From the human T2T-CHM13v2.0 reference genome, Homo sapiens: 64,000 bases of DNA. The DNA is taken from assembly GCF_009914755.1 (NCBI RefSeq), contig NC_060942.1; one strand, given 5' to 3'. Numbering within the stretch: the stretch's first letter is position 1; every line of letters begins with the position of its first letter. The translations under genes were made by a program, and so were the position numbers. The notes under the pieces were generated by a model, which saw only the letters and a program-made list of their open reading frames with translations, searched no databases and had not been told where the DNA came from. This document shows positions 29,387 to 43,315 of this stretch, one piece after another.

Positions 29387-32300
29387 CCCCTTCACTAAGC
29401 AATTCTGGAAATATCGGTGTTGGTAGCATATAGAATTTTATGTAGCTGGCCAAGAATTGGAACAACTATGTTCTTAAGAGCCTGTCTGCTAAAATGAGAA
29501 TGTTAAGTTTCTTAGGATTCTGCTCATTAAATGGTGCAGCTAAATGCTCCCAGAATTAATGCCCAGATTTTATTCTGTTTGGCCACGGTCACCACTGTGT
29601 GCAGATATGATGCACATAGCTATTTACAACACTAGTAAGTATGAATATTGTGTTTTACACCTCCATCCTTGGAAGTCTTCTTATATCAGTATTCTATGAA
29701 ACATGGCTCTTTCTCTCGAGGCAGATTACAAAGAAGATTTTTTTAAAGTGTAAGTTGGTTAAATAGCTGAAGTCAGGAAAAATTTTCTCACATTAAGAGT
29801 TATTGGATTGCGAATAATCTCTCAAGGGAAGTGCCAGAAGCCCCATCAACTGAGTTATTTAATTAAAACTGCTCAGGAGTAAGTAGAAGAGATGTTGCCT
29901 GAGGGAATAATTTCACACTGATCCCTGAAGGATTGACTTGATGGTCTTGAAATTCTTAACAGTTTCAAAATCTTAAATGTCTTCAGAAATAGTCTCCTAC
30001 CATTTTCTCCACGGAAAGAAAAAGCCATTCTGCCTGCAACCTCCTCTCCCTATAAAACCAAACAAAAACAAAAACCAGCAACAAAAACCGTAACTTAGAA
30101 ACCAGATCTTTTTATCGACGCTACCTAAACCATCACAGGACAGCATTAACTCAAAGATAAAGCCACAGAGGAGCTCCAAGCATCAGTAAAAACTGAGAGC
30201 TTTACCAGCTAAGAGCTTTTGGACTTTCTTCAGTTACTTATTTTCTTTTTGTTTGCTTTTGAATATCTCAAATCTCACATTTTTTATTTTACAAAATGCA
30301 ATTTATAATGTTACTTTCAGTTAATAATGTGATCTGTTAAGAGGTAAATTCCTATAAGGCCTTTTTGAAGGTCACTCACACCTACTCACTAATCCTATAA
30401 GGAAGTTTCCCAGAGCAAGTGCTGGAGAACAATGCCCACTATCTGCAGCTCTCAACCTTTGAAGTGAGGAATTTTTTAAAAGATCACAGAAGCCGAGATG
30501 GTCTGAGGAGGAGTCTCAACGTGTGTGGGCTGAACATGTTCCACAGTTATTTGACAGGCATTGAAGGCTATAGGACACCAGCTCTTACTCATGTGTGAGG
30601 CCACAGTCCCCACGCTGCATTGGCACCCACACACCACCAACACCCATTCTGAAGAGGAAATGTATTCCTCATGTTGTGGTTGGCAGCCGCCTTCAGTGCT
30701 GGGTAAACAGCTGTTGTGGTAAAGGTGTGAGTTGTCTTGATCACTGAGAGTTGAAGGAGGAAAAACCAAGAACTGTGTAGTTTCCAGCTATACTCACAGA
30801 ATGTTCTGAGGTCACAGGAGAATCAGTGTCCGAAGCTTCAGCTGTAGCCCATTCTCTATCAATTCAGCCAAGCATACCCCTACTCTACAATCATCTTGAA
30901 AATATAAATACCTACAATAAGAAGGGTACAGTTTCAAGTTTACATAGGTAGTATAAATAAACAAAATGGCTGCACACAAAGATGGCAGCCAATTCCACTC
31001 CCTGCTCTGGCTCGCCTGACTGCATTTGACAACAAGCCCAAAGTAAAAGTTTCCTCTGGATTTTGCTACAGCTCAGAAGTGTCAAAGACTGGGGTGTCTC
31101 ACGGGGCATAAAGGAGGTGAAGGAGGTAGAGAGAAACCCAGGCATCGAGACAGACGGACAATCTCAATCCCCAAAAATCCAAGCCTGTACCCGTGCCTGT
31201 ACGTGAATTCCACTGTATCAGCCATTCGATTATTGAATTCAATTGTGTATATAAATTTAGTATTATCTGGCTTTAGAGAGTTTTTAAACTTTCTCTTTTT
31301 TTTGATTTTTGATTACAGAGCTTTGCCTGAAAGCCTGAGGGTTGATTCCCACAGTGACATGTGTTCTTGTGCCTGTTCCTTCCTGGGCTTAGCACAGGGA
31401 AAGCACGTGGATAAAAACAACCTTGGCACACGTTCTGGTAACCATCCACTTTCAGTTTCCCATTTACTTCACCCTTGAGAAGTGCAGTGACCATAACCTT
31501 GCTTTCTGTGAGTCTTAAAATGTTTTTTATCGTCTGCCTTCTTTATATACTATTTTATTTCATTACGGAGTGAGATTTTTAAGCCTTTAAAATGTTTCTG
31601 CTTCATCCCTTGTGGATTCCTTATAGGTACCATTTAGTATTTTTTTCTTTAAATGAAAAACTGCTAAAATGTAACATTTTTTAGTCTTGTGTGTGTGCAT
31701 GCATACACACACACATGGATATATAAAACCTTTATGACTTATTTCTAATCTCACCAGAATGGGCCTGAAGAGAGAGCTTATGGCTTCATTCTCTAATCAG
31801 TTGACTTGAAATGACTTTTTTTCTTATTTCTCCATCTGACTTAAGAAAATTAAAAGTGATAGAGATACATATGATAGACAAAACTGAAAAAGGTCTACAC
31901 AAGGACTAAGGAAGCTAGCAGGAATTGGTGACCCTTATAACAGGAGAATAAGAAAGACTCTTTCTCTGTGGCCTTCTTAACCTTGTTTGAAATTTCCTTT
32001 GACAGGCAATAGCCTTTCAGACCAAATCTCCTCCTCCATCACTTTCACCTGTCATTAATAGATATGATAGTGTCATTTTCGTATGTTTTCTTCCTTCCTT
32101 CTGAATTTGGGATAGGCAAAACAAAAGCCGAAATGAAAGTGTGCAAATACCGTAAGATAGGTTGTAAAATACAATTGCATAGTGCATCTGGCTTCCCTTG
32201 CCTTTTGAAGCAGCAATTCAACATGTCAACCAAGCCATGAATTGTAAACCGGAATAAATTGCTTTAATTTGTTGATCAATTCTATGTGTTGGTTCAATTT

Positions 32301-33867
32301 TAGAGGTTTTTGGTGTTTTGTTGTTGGGGTCCTTTTGAACAATGAAAATTATCTTCCAAAGTAGGTTACACTGGAGCCTACTATCTAGAAAATAGCTGTC
32401 TATTTTCTAGATAATTTTCTAAAGCAATTCTCCTGGAATAGTGCCTATTAATCTCAACATCCAAATTTTCTGGGTTGGCAGTTCAAATTCCACTTTTTCA
32501 GGGACTCTGCCCTGAATTTCCTAGGTAAAATAAAATTATATCCTCTAGACTACAATGCGACTTATTTTTTTGCCTCAAATAATAATTTGTGATATAAACT
32601 TTTCTCTCTCCCAATATTCTACATCCTATTTAGAGCTAAGGTCTATGTCTTTCTATCTTCCAAACCACTGAACATTACATTGTACATTGTAGATTCTCAG
32701 GAAAGACTTGATGAGTGAATTAATGGATAAGTGGGTTCAGCTCCTGCAAATCAGCACACCCATTTATAAAAGCCAGATTTGAGACACTTCCCTCTCCCCA
32801 GCTTTAAATCAAATTTAAAGGCTGAGATTATACCCCAGCATTAGAAAAATGTTGGCCATGCTGCCCTCAACTAATATATAGGCCAGCATGATCTTTAGAA
32901 TCCCTTTCATCATAGGATTCCTCAGAACTGCCATCAATTCTGGAGCCCTTAATATTAAAGGAATCTCTTTAGTGCCACTAACCAGCAGATATATACAAGA
33001 ATGAAAGAAAACTTTGGCTGCTATGTCAGCTGCTGGGAACCTGGACAGAGAACACTTGTCCCTGAAGGGTGTAGAGATAAGAGCCTTCTAAGAATGAGCA
33101 TGGATGGCATATAAGGAGCCTCATCCCACCTGGGAGAGAATGAGACTCTTAAAGGGAAACAGTGAGGAACATCTCTGTGCCCAGTTTGAGATAAATGGAC
33201 TGGAATATGGGAGATCACAGAGTCAGCAAACATACAATACAGCCAACACAAAGTACCTGCATGTGTGGAGCAAGAAAATCTAACCCTCTACTATAAATAT
33301 GAGTTCTATGTGTCTTCTGCTCTCACATCAATAATTCACCTGTTCACTTTCCTCTCCCTCCCAACTCTCCCCCTCTTTTCTCTATGCCCTCTACATTCTT
33401 TAACATGAACACCTTCTTTAACACACTACAATGTGACCATCCTCCAAGCCACAAGCTATGACCTTAGACTTCTGCCCCCATCCATTGGTACTTTCTTAGT
33501 TAACCCCATCCATCCACATGTGCTGGATGATCATTCAGATGACTTCAAATTGGATATTTTCAATCCTGGTTTGTTGTTCCATAATTTCAATTGTCAGCTG
33601 GTCAAAGGCTACTTTACAATTTAATACACCTGAAATAGACTTAATTCCACTCTTGCTAGCCAAGTTGGTCTCTTAATTTCACATCTTTTTCACTAAAATC
33701 ATCATTTTTTAGTCCTTGGATCATAAAAATTTGAAACCATTGCTGAAACTTACCTCTACCTGGCCCCCAGGCCATATCAGAATGAAGATTTCATCCTTAC
33801 CTTAGAGCTTTCAACTGCTCAAAAATTGCAATCACATCTCTTTTCACCATTAGAAATCAGTAGATTT

Positions 33868-34195
<328 letters not shown>

Positions 34196-34289
34196 CTAAA
34201 ACATTTTGAGACAAATGCAAAATAAAACACCTGTATAAGGAAAACACCCTGACTATGAGCCTTAAAGACCCTTTCAGCCCTTCCTGATT

Positions 34290-34750
34290 CTATTCTATCC
34301 CCCACCTACCATGTTTCTGAACTTTGCTTTTCTTTATAGTTTTACCACGTTTGTATCTATAAATAACGTATTGTTTAATTATGCATATTTCTAAAACCTT
34401 TAAAGAAAAGGAACCCTAGTTTACCTATTTTTTTTGGTAACTTGCTCTTTTCTTTCAACACAAAGTTCATGAGCTTCATCCATGTCGGTGAGCAAGTGAT
34501 AATTCACTCATTTTAGTGATGTAGAGTATCCTAATGTGTGAATAGACCTCAGTGTGCTTTTCGGTTCTACTGTTGATGGGTATTTGGGTTGTTACCAATT
34601 TTTTGCTATTGCAATCACTGTTGCTATAAATATTGTCAGGAATTTTCCCTATAATGAGAGAACTCTTGGATACCAAACAGAGTAGAATTATTGGATCATA
34701 GGATTTGGGGTTTTTAACTAGCTAATGCCATATCATTTTCCAAAACAGGT
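34290..34750 (-). mobile_element. Old L1 (L1ME-like); resumes at ~37362-37405
   Basis: ctactgttgatgggtatttgggttgtt...agtagaattattggatcatagg...ttttccaaa; continues ataccaatta...cagtgtgtaaaggttcc after the nested LTRs. Confidence 0.65.
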
Positions 34751-34751
34751 A

Positions 34752-37357
34752 TGATGGTTAATTTTACGTGTCAATTTGAAGGGTGTTTTGGGATGAGATT
34801 AACATTTAAATTGGTGAATTTTGAATAAGCAGTTTGCCTCCATAATGTAGGTGAGCCTAATTCAACAAAAAGACCAGCCTCCCCAAGCAAGAGGGATTCT
34901 GCAGCAGATGACCTGGGCTTCACCTGTACCATCGGCTCTCCTGGGTCTGCAGCCTGCAAGCCCACACTGCAAATTTGGGCTTATCAGTCTCCATGATCAT
35001 ATGATATAATTTGGCCGTGTGCCCACCCAAATCTCATCTTGAGTTGTAGTTCCCATAACCCTCACGTGTCGTGGGAGAGACCAGGTGGAGATAACTGAAT
35101 CATGGGGGTGGTTTCCCCCATCCTGTTCTCATGATAGTGAGTTAGTTCTCATGAGATCTGATGGTTTTATAAGGGGCTTCCCCTGCTCTGGGCACTCACT
35201 CTTCTTCTCCCTGCTACCATGTGAAGGACATATTTGCTTCCCCTTCCACCATGATTGTAAGTTTCCTGAGGCCTCCCCACCCATACTGAACTGAGAATCA
35301 ATTAAACCTCTTTCCTTTATAAATTACCCTGTCTCAGGTATGTCTTTATTAGCAGCATGAAAACTGAGTAATACAGTAAATGAGTACAGCAGAGAGTGGA
35401 GGGTTGCTGTAAAGATATCCACAAGTGTGAAAGCAACTTTGGAACTGGGTAACAGGTAGAGGTTGGAACAGTTTTGAGGGCTCAGAAGAAGACAGGAAAA
35501 TGTGGGAAATTTGGGAACTTCCTAGAAATTTGTTGAATGACATTGACCAAAATGCTGACAGTGATATAAACAATGAAGTCCAGGCTGAGGTGGTCTCAGA
35601 TGGAGATGAGGAACTTTTTGGGAAATGGAGTAAAGGTCACTCTTGCTATGCAAAGAGTTTGGTGGCATTTTGCCCCTGCCCCAGAGATCTGTGGAACTTT
35701 GAACTTGAGAGAGATAATTTAGGGTATCTGGCAGAAGAAACTTCTAAGGGGCAAAGCATTCAAGAGGAAGCAGAGCATAAAAAATTTGGAAAATTTGCAG
35801 CCTGATGATGCGACAGAAAAGAAAAACATTTTCTGGGAAGAAATTCCAGCCAGCTGCAGAAATTTGCATAAGTAATGAGGAGCCAAATGTAAATCACCAA
35901 GACAATGGGGAAAATGTCTCCAAGGCATGTCAGAGACCTTCATGGCAGCCCCTTCCATCATAAGCCTAGGAGGGAAAAGTGATTTCCTGGGCCAAGCCTA
36001 AGACCCCCTGCTCTATGCAGCCTCGGGACTGCATATGGTGCCCTATGTCCCAGCCACGGCTAAAAGGGGCCAACATACAGCTCAGGCTGTTGCTTCAGAG
36101 GGTGCAAGCCCCAAGCCTTGACAGCTTACACGTGGTGTTGGGCCTGCGGGTGCACAGAAGTCAAGAACTGTGGTTTGAGAACCTCTGCCTAGACTTCAGA
36201 AAATGTACAGAAACACCTGGGTGTCCATTCAGAAGTTGCTGCAAGGGCAGAGCCCTCATGGAAGACCTCTGCTAGGGCACTGCAGCAGGGAAATGTGGGG
36301 TTGGAGCCCCCACACAGAATCCCCACTGGGGCACTGTCTAGTAGAGCTGTGAGAAGAGGGCCACCATCCTTCAGACCCCACAATCTGAATCTGATCCACA
36401 GACGGCTTGCACCATGCAACTGGAGAAGCCACAGACACTCAACACCAGCCTGTGAAAGCAGCCAAGAGGGGAGGCTGTACCCTGCATAGCCAGAGGGGTG
36501 GAGCTGCCCAAGACCATGGGTGCCCACCTCTTGCATCAGCATGCCCAGGATGTGGGACATGGAGTCAAAGGAGATCATTTTTGGAACTTGAAGTTTTAAT
36601 GACTGCCCTACAGGATTTCAGACTTGCATGGAGCTAGTAGCCCCTTTGTTTTGGCCAATTTCTCTCATTTAGAATTGGTGTATTTATCCAATGCCTGTAC
36701 CCCTCTTTTATCTAGGAAGTAACTAACTTGCTTTTGATTTTACAGGCTCATAGGCGGAAGGTACTTGCCTTGTCTCAGATGAGACTTTGGGCTGTGGACT
36801 TTCAGTTAATGCTGGAAAGAGTTAAGACTTTGGGGGACTGTTGGGAGGGTATGGTTGTATTTTGAAATGTGAGGGCATGAGATTTCAGAGGGGCCAGGGG
36901 CAAAATGATATAATTTGGCTGTTTCCCCACCCAAATCTCATCTTGTAGTTCCCATAATCCCCATGTATTGTGGGAAGGACCCGGTGGGAGGTAGTTGAAT
37001 CATGGGGCCAGTCACCTTCATGCTGTTCTGGTGACAGTGAGTGAATTCTCACAAAATCTGATGGTTTTATAAGGGGCTTTTCCCCCACCTCACTCTGCAC
37101 TTCTCCTTCCTGCTGCCATGTGAAGAAGGACATGTTTGCTCCCCTTTTCACCATGATTGTACGTTTCCTGAGGCCTCCCCAGCCATACTGAACTGTGAGT
37201 CAATTAAACCTCTTTCCCTTATAAATTACCCAGTCTTAAGTATTTCTTCACAGCAGTGTGAGAATAGACTAATACATCATGTGAGCCAATTTCTTATAAT
37301 AAATCTCCATGTATATACACATTGGTTCTCTTTCTCTGGAGAAGCCTGACTAAAATA
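34752..37357 (+). mobile_element. MLT2-type ERVL LTR split by THE1 (parts 34752-35001 and 37277-37357)
   Basis: tgatggttaattttacgtgtcaatttg...gatgagattaacatttaaattgg; right part gtgagccaatttcttataataaatctc...ctctggagaagcctgactaa. Confidence 0.8.
35002..37276 (+). mobile_element. Full-length THE1 (C/D-like) MaLR provirus: 5' LTR 35002-35375, internal 35376-36905, 3' LTR 36906-37276
   Basis: Two ~370-bp direct LTRs (tgatataatttgg...aataca); typical THE1 internal sequence (ttggaactgggtaacagg...; purine-rich ggggccaggggcaaaa before the 3' LTR); 5-bp TSD tcata/tcatg. Confidence 0.93.
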
Positions 37358-38099
37358 ATAGAGATACCAATTAATCCTCCTGCTAGCAGTGTGTAAAGGT
37401 TCCAATCTACAGATGCCTATTTGCTTACCTTGCCTGCAAACTCTTACTCTCCTAAAAGACTGCAGCTAGTGTAATCTTTTAGGTGGTGAAAGAAAAATCT
37501 GGTTTTATTTTGTGTGTCTCTCTAAAAACTAGTCAGAGATGTCCCCTGGTCTGCATTACAGACAGAAGTCAAAATTCCATTAGGCACATCAATAACTTTT
37601 CGGGTTTATTTCTGACATTCTGCTGCCCTAGTGAGCTGCAACTCCTTTTTCAAGCACAGAATCTACTGTACTAAAGCTTTTCCTGAAACTCTAAAGTATC
37701 ATAAGCTGAGCCCCTTTGCTGGTGCATGCAGGGAGAGAGTCTCACTCTCACAGTGTCTTCCTTTCCTGGGAGGCTGCCTCTCAGGCCACCTCTGTGGGTG
37801 TAGGGGGCCTCAGAGCCCAGGGTGAGAACCACATCTTATCCAAATCCAGTGCCCTAGTCAGAGAAGGCCAGGCTCTGCCTCTTACATGAACTTTACACCT
37901 CCACTGTGCCCTTCTTTAAGCCATCAGTACCCCCAGGACACCCTTCCCTCTCTGTCTTCTCTCTTCCCCAGACCCCGGCCTCTCTAATTAAAATATTCCT
38001 TCCAATTCTTCAAGGTCCAGCACGACTTTTCTCTACCATGGCCCTCCCTGGTTCATTCCACTGGAGTTAAGATCTCTGGCTCTTCAGAAAAATCAACTG

Positions 38100-38282
38100 G
38101 GGTCATTCTGGTGCTGCCACTTGGCAGCTTGATAACCTTGGACAAGTGAGTCTACCACCCTGAACCTCAGTGTCTTCTGTTGTATTACGGGAACACATTA
38201 CCTCCCCATAGTGCTTCATAAGGATTAAATGAAATGACACGCAGTTGCATCCTACAGAGCAGGCACCCAGTAAACACTAGGT
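38100..38282 (+). mobile_element. MIR
   Basis: gccacttggcagcttgataaccttggacaagt...ctgaacctcagt...aggattaaatgaaatga. Confidence 0.75.
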
Positions 38283-40636
38283 GGCAGAGCATTCTGAGTG
38301 GGTCACTCATTTTGGGGGTATTTCTGTAAATGCAACTATATTTGCTTTAACTGACTAATAAAGCCAGAGACACGTAGGTGACAGTAGTTTTCTCCATGAC
38401 CTCACAAACTCTGCTAGAAAGGGCTACCTGGAAAATGTGGTCCCCCAAGTCATCTCTGCATATTTTCTCACAAACTAGGTAAAAACAAATGCATTTATTC
38501 TTACCATCAGAGTCTCTAAATCAATTGCTAATGAAGAAATGCCTGTTCTGGAAAGAACACATATTTTCAAATAACTTTGTATTAGTAGTACCATTTATTC
38601 AGAATAAGATGTCCTGTTTGCTCTTAAACTCTAGGCTGAAAGCTGGAGAGGGGTAGCATTGATAGGAGGTACAAAGGCCAAGGTCTCCTTCTTCAAGGGC
38701 CCTGGTGGGTTCCCATGTCCCCCAGGCTGACAGTTACATCAATTTGCAACTTTATCTGCTGGGACATACGTGAAACTTAGGGCCTTGGAAAGACTACTAG
38801 ACCTCACTGCACTTCAATGTCATCATCTGTAAAATCAGGCAATACAAACGTTCAAGTGCACACAGGAGATTCAAGGAGGAAGTCTATGAAGATCCAGACT
38901 ATGTAAAATTCCGCACATAATAAGCTATCAATAAATAGCAAAAAATCAACATATTTACAGAGCATAGGGCCCAACTCCTTCATCCTTCTGAAGTTCTTAC
39001 AATCCATTATACAAACTAGGATTTCTAGATTCCAAGTCTTTTTTTTTTTTTTTTTACTATTTAATGTATTTTCAACTCCCCCTTTACAGTATACAAAAGT
39101 ACAATATTTGCAATCCCAGTATGTTGTTACTGAAGTACATAAGAAAATTTCAAGCACACCTAAGGTTAATTTTGAAATACAACTAATATTTTTTAAACTC
39201 ACTATCATTCTTAGTTTAAAAAAGTGAAGCTCTCAAACTCTCAAAATAGGGTAGAATGCCCTCACTAGCCCATTGCATCAATCTGCTCTTTAAAATACAA
39301 ATAATCAAAACAAGAGCAATGGATCATGGCTAAGGATACCATCATGAAGAATTCAAACTAGACGGACAGCCAGTATTCCTTCCTCTGACTGAAAACTGAC
39401 TGAAAATCTCCACATTGTATTTTTTTAAGCCCCATGAAGGTGACAGCTCTCTTTTCCTAACCTCAAAAACTAGCAGTAATGACAAATCTGGATGAAAACA
39501 ACAGGAAATATTCCGAAGACTATTCATATGTGATGTTAAAAATCCTACCTTTGCATAACAACCATCATTTAGTTCTCTACAGGTTAGCTCCATCCTCTAT
39601 CCTGAAAGGTTGAGCTGTTTTCAATTGGTTGTCCTGTGACAGAAACCAAAACAGCTAATTTGGAACCCAAACTTTAAAGGCATACCACACAAGGCAGCAG
39701 TGGGGAGTGCATCCTGTTCTAGCTTTGGTGGCTCAGGCCTTGTTTCCAATGGCTCAGTCTATGTTAAAAGCTTTGCCAATCTTCTACTTCGCCTGCCTGA
39801 CTGATTTATAGCAAACTACACAGTAAAAACTTCCAAGCAGGATTTAACAGGTGTCTACATACAACAGCAAATGAGGACTTGTATGGTGAAACAGAGTCTT
39901 TAATAAATAAACATTTAACTAAAGAAACATTGTAAATTGACACTCTATAAGCCTCAGCTATATACACAAAATTAGTCTTCACCCTAGCTACACCTAAAGA
40001 GAAAGGGAAAACTAAATATATGAAGATGTTTCTTATCTCCTGACCATTTGATATTCCTCATATAATTCTGTACTTGTTCTTTTAGAGCACAGATCCCTTA
40101 AAAATAAAGCACTATTATGTCAGATGTCATAAAATGTTCTTCTCTGTACAGCCATGAGTATAATTTGAGAGACACCACACAAGAAACACACAGTTCCAAA
40201 AATATTCCCTGCTTTAGATTGTCACTAATATCTGAAAATTTCATTATTAGTCCTTTTGGATCACAAGCATAGGAAATAATAAGATGTATCATTCTCTGAC
40301 TACCATGGACCAAGTTCTTTAAATATATCGTCCCTCAGCCATTCAACAAGTAGAATGGCACTACCAACCCCATTTCCTCTTCAGGAACCTGAGATTCAGA
40401 GGGATCGAGCAACTAACACCAGGTTGATGGAAAGTGATGACTATAAACCCAAGTGTTTCCAATATACTACAACCAGTTCATGTAGTCATCACTAGAAAGA
40501 CAAAACCACAATCTCTGGTAGATAAAGCAAAAAACACTCCAAGGGATCATTGGGTTCTTTCTGACACCACAGCTCACAATTTATGAAGAAAGTGTCCTCT
40601 CTAGCTAAACCTGGATGAGGTGAAAGATAGAGCCAG

Positions 40637-41367
<731 letters not shown>

Positions 41368-41795
41368 TTAGATTTGGTACTGTAGGAAGAACCTTGAACA
41401 CACAGGGGTTGATGTGGGTGCTGGAGTGTCCAGCAGAAGGGAATGGTGCTATGTCACTGTGATAAAACCCTGAAAGGATCCTGAACCCATGTGTTGCCAA
41501 CATCAGTTTAATCAAGGCTCAGGTTATCATTAAGACAACAAAAAACCTGTGCTTTCTTCTACTACATTCAAATTTGAAAGGCACTTCTACTCGGACACAA
41601 CAGCACAGTCAGAAAAATGAAACAGACTCCCAAGATTGCTCCTTCAAAGCAGTAACATCAAAGCATCTAGAAATGGAATTGGAGAATGCCACAGAAATAC
41701 GAGAAGACATTCTATAGCTTCTACTTGGGCTTTATAGAAATAAATGTTGTAGGTGGATAAAAAGGGATTTAAAAAAAAAAAAAACTTGCCCTTAC

Positions 41796-42131
41796 CTGAC
41801 TGAACCACCTGTATCACCTTCTGCCAAGTTCCCTGTGGGTAAGTGTAAAGAGAGCAGGAATAGTAGCCAACATCATCTTCAGAGGCATTCCGAAAGAAAA
41901 GAGTCATGTTATTGGAAGCCATCGTTGAATTCAAAAAGTAAACCCTCTCAGCATAGGGCTTCCTTATGACCATGCCATGAGTAGGGCTGAAAATGGCTAT
42001 GGAATCCTGCTGGGTCCCGATCTTGAACCACTCCACCTGTGTTAAGATGCCCATTGATGGATACACACATTCTAGAGACATGTTCTCGGCAAAGGGAACT
42101 GATGTATGCCAAAGCACCTCTTCACATAGAG
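41796..42131 (-). CDS. CD226: CD226 exon encoding the first Ig V-type domain ([25 protein letters not shown]...[26 protein letters not shown])
   Basis: 336-nt exon bounded by TTTCAG| and |GTAAG, phase 1 at both ends and in frame with the upstream exon across a 291-nt intron. Ig hallmarks are present: C...W...DxGxYxC and N-glycosylation sequons. Confidence 0.97.
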
Positions 42132-42422
42132 CTGAAATATACAACATCACATTAATTGTTAGCCTTGATGATGGAAACACCAAATCAATATCTTAAGCTT
42201 TTGAAGACCTAGTGCATTGAGATCACAGTAAAGGCTGACAGTTTCTGCCTTTGTCTAAAAAGGCGTCCTGCTGATAATTGGAAAATGTAACTTTTAGTTT
42301 TTCTGAACAAGTGAGAAATTATCCTAGCCAACTAAAGAGCACTGTAAATTCTGAATATGCCACACTGTACAAACAAAAACAGGAGCAAAACTTTTAAATG
42401 AAAATATAAAGATCATCTTTAC

Positions 42423-42468
42423 CTCTGTATACATGAAGAAGAGCCAAAAGTAAAGTAGGATAATCCAT
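42423..42468 (-). CDS. CD226: CD226 first coding segment (signal peptide MDYPTLLLALLHVYR + first base of Ala codon); exon spans 42423-42495
   Basis: Minus strand reads gagATGGATTATCCTACTTTACTTTTGGCTCTTCTTCATGTATACAGAG|GTAAAG (46 coding nt, phase-1 donor). Acceptor T12-AATAG|AACCAG at 42496-42497. The translation matches the CD226 N-terminus as I recognise it. Confidence 0.96.
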
Positions 42469-42495
42469 CTCTGGAAACTGTTTGAAAGGCTGGTT

Positions 42496-42720
42496 CTATT
42501 AAAAAAAAAAAATTGCTTTTTATAATGTGACATGCAGATCCCCAGCACAATGCAGTTTCCTTCCTCTCAGATGTTATCAGTCGTGTCTTCTTTTTCTGAA
42601 GTATGAACACAGGAAAAAGGCCTTAGCTTAAAAGACAGGTTTGCTCCTTTATGAGGATGGGCAGATTTGAGTTTCTTCTCTCTCGGGGAACCAGTCGGCT
42701 TATTTTCGGGCTTTCATTTT
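42496..42720 (-). promoter_or_regulatory. Candidate proximal CD226 promoter
   Basis: TATAAAAA on the minus strand at 42517-42524, tandem ETS cores GAGGAAGGAA at ~42557-42566 and CAGGAAA at ~42610, immediately upstream of the ATG exon. Confidence 0.55.
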
Positions 42721-42727
42721 CTACAAG

Positions 42728-42965
42728 GAGTCATTCATTCAACAAACATGTGCTGCATGCATTCTCTGTGCCTAACTCAGCTGTAGGCAATGAGGATACA
42801 ATAATACAAAAAAAAAAAAATATTGCCATGATAGAACTTACATTCTATGTGGAGGAGGCAGAAACTAAAATAAAGATGTAAAAATATAAATAATAAGTGA
42901 AAGGTGGTGCATGCATGGAGCAGAGAAGTCCTCACTGAGAGCATAAGATGAGGCAGAGGCTGAAG
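42728..42965 (-). mobile_element. L2 3' end
   Basis: tcattcattcaacaaacat...ctgtgcc...gaacttacattctatgtgg. Confidence 0.7.
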
Positions 42966-43315
42966 TGGGCGGAGGGAGCCTACGCCCAGCGCTGACAGCC
43001 CATCCTGTGGCCTTCCTTTCACCTCTTCCTCCTTGCTGATCTCAGACATTTGCTTTGATGAGGACCAAAAAACAGATCAAAAGCCCATCAGATACAAAAG
43101 TATGCTGGCCCAGGGCATATGCAGATCTACCATTATGAGAGATTTAACTTCTGATTTTGAAATAATTATAGAGTCACAGTAAGTCACAAAGAGAGTACAG
43201 ACAGGTCCCTGTCCCCAGGTTCTGTCAGGGGTCATATCTTACATAATTATAGTACAATATCAAAACAGGATTCATTTTTCAGGTTCATCATTGCTCTCTT
43301 CTTTCTCTTATAAAA

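Noticed and set aside
35500-36637. ORFs in the THE1 internal region
   Set aside because: Fragmented remnants of the MaLR internal sequence in several frames; no intact ORF.
41644-42183. 179-aa ORF as a single-exon gene
   Set aside because: Only 41796-42131 is the CD226 IgV exon; the flanks lie beyond canonical splice sites.
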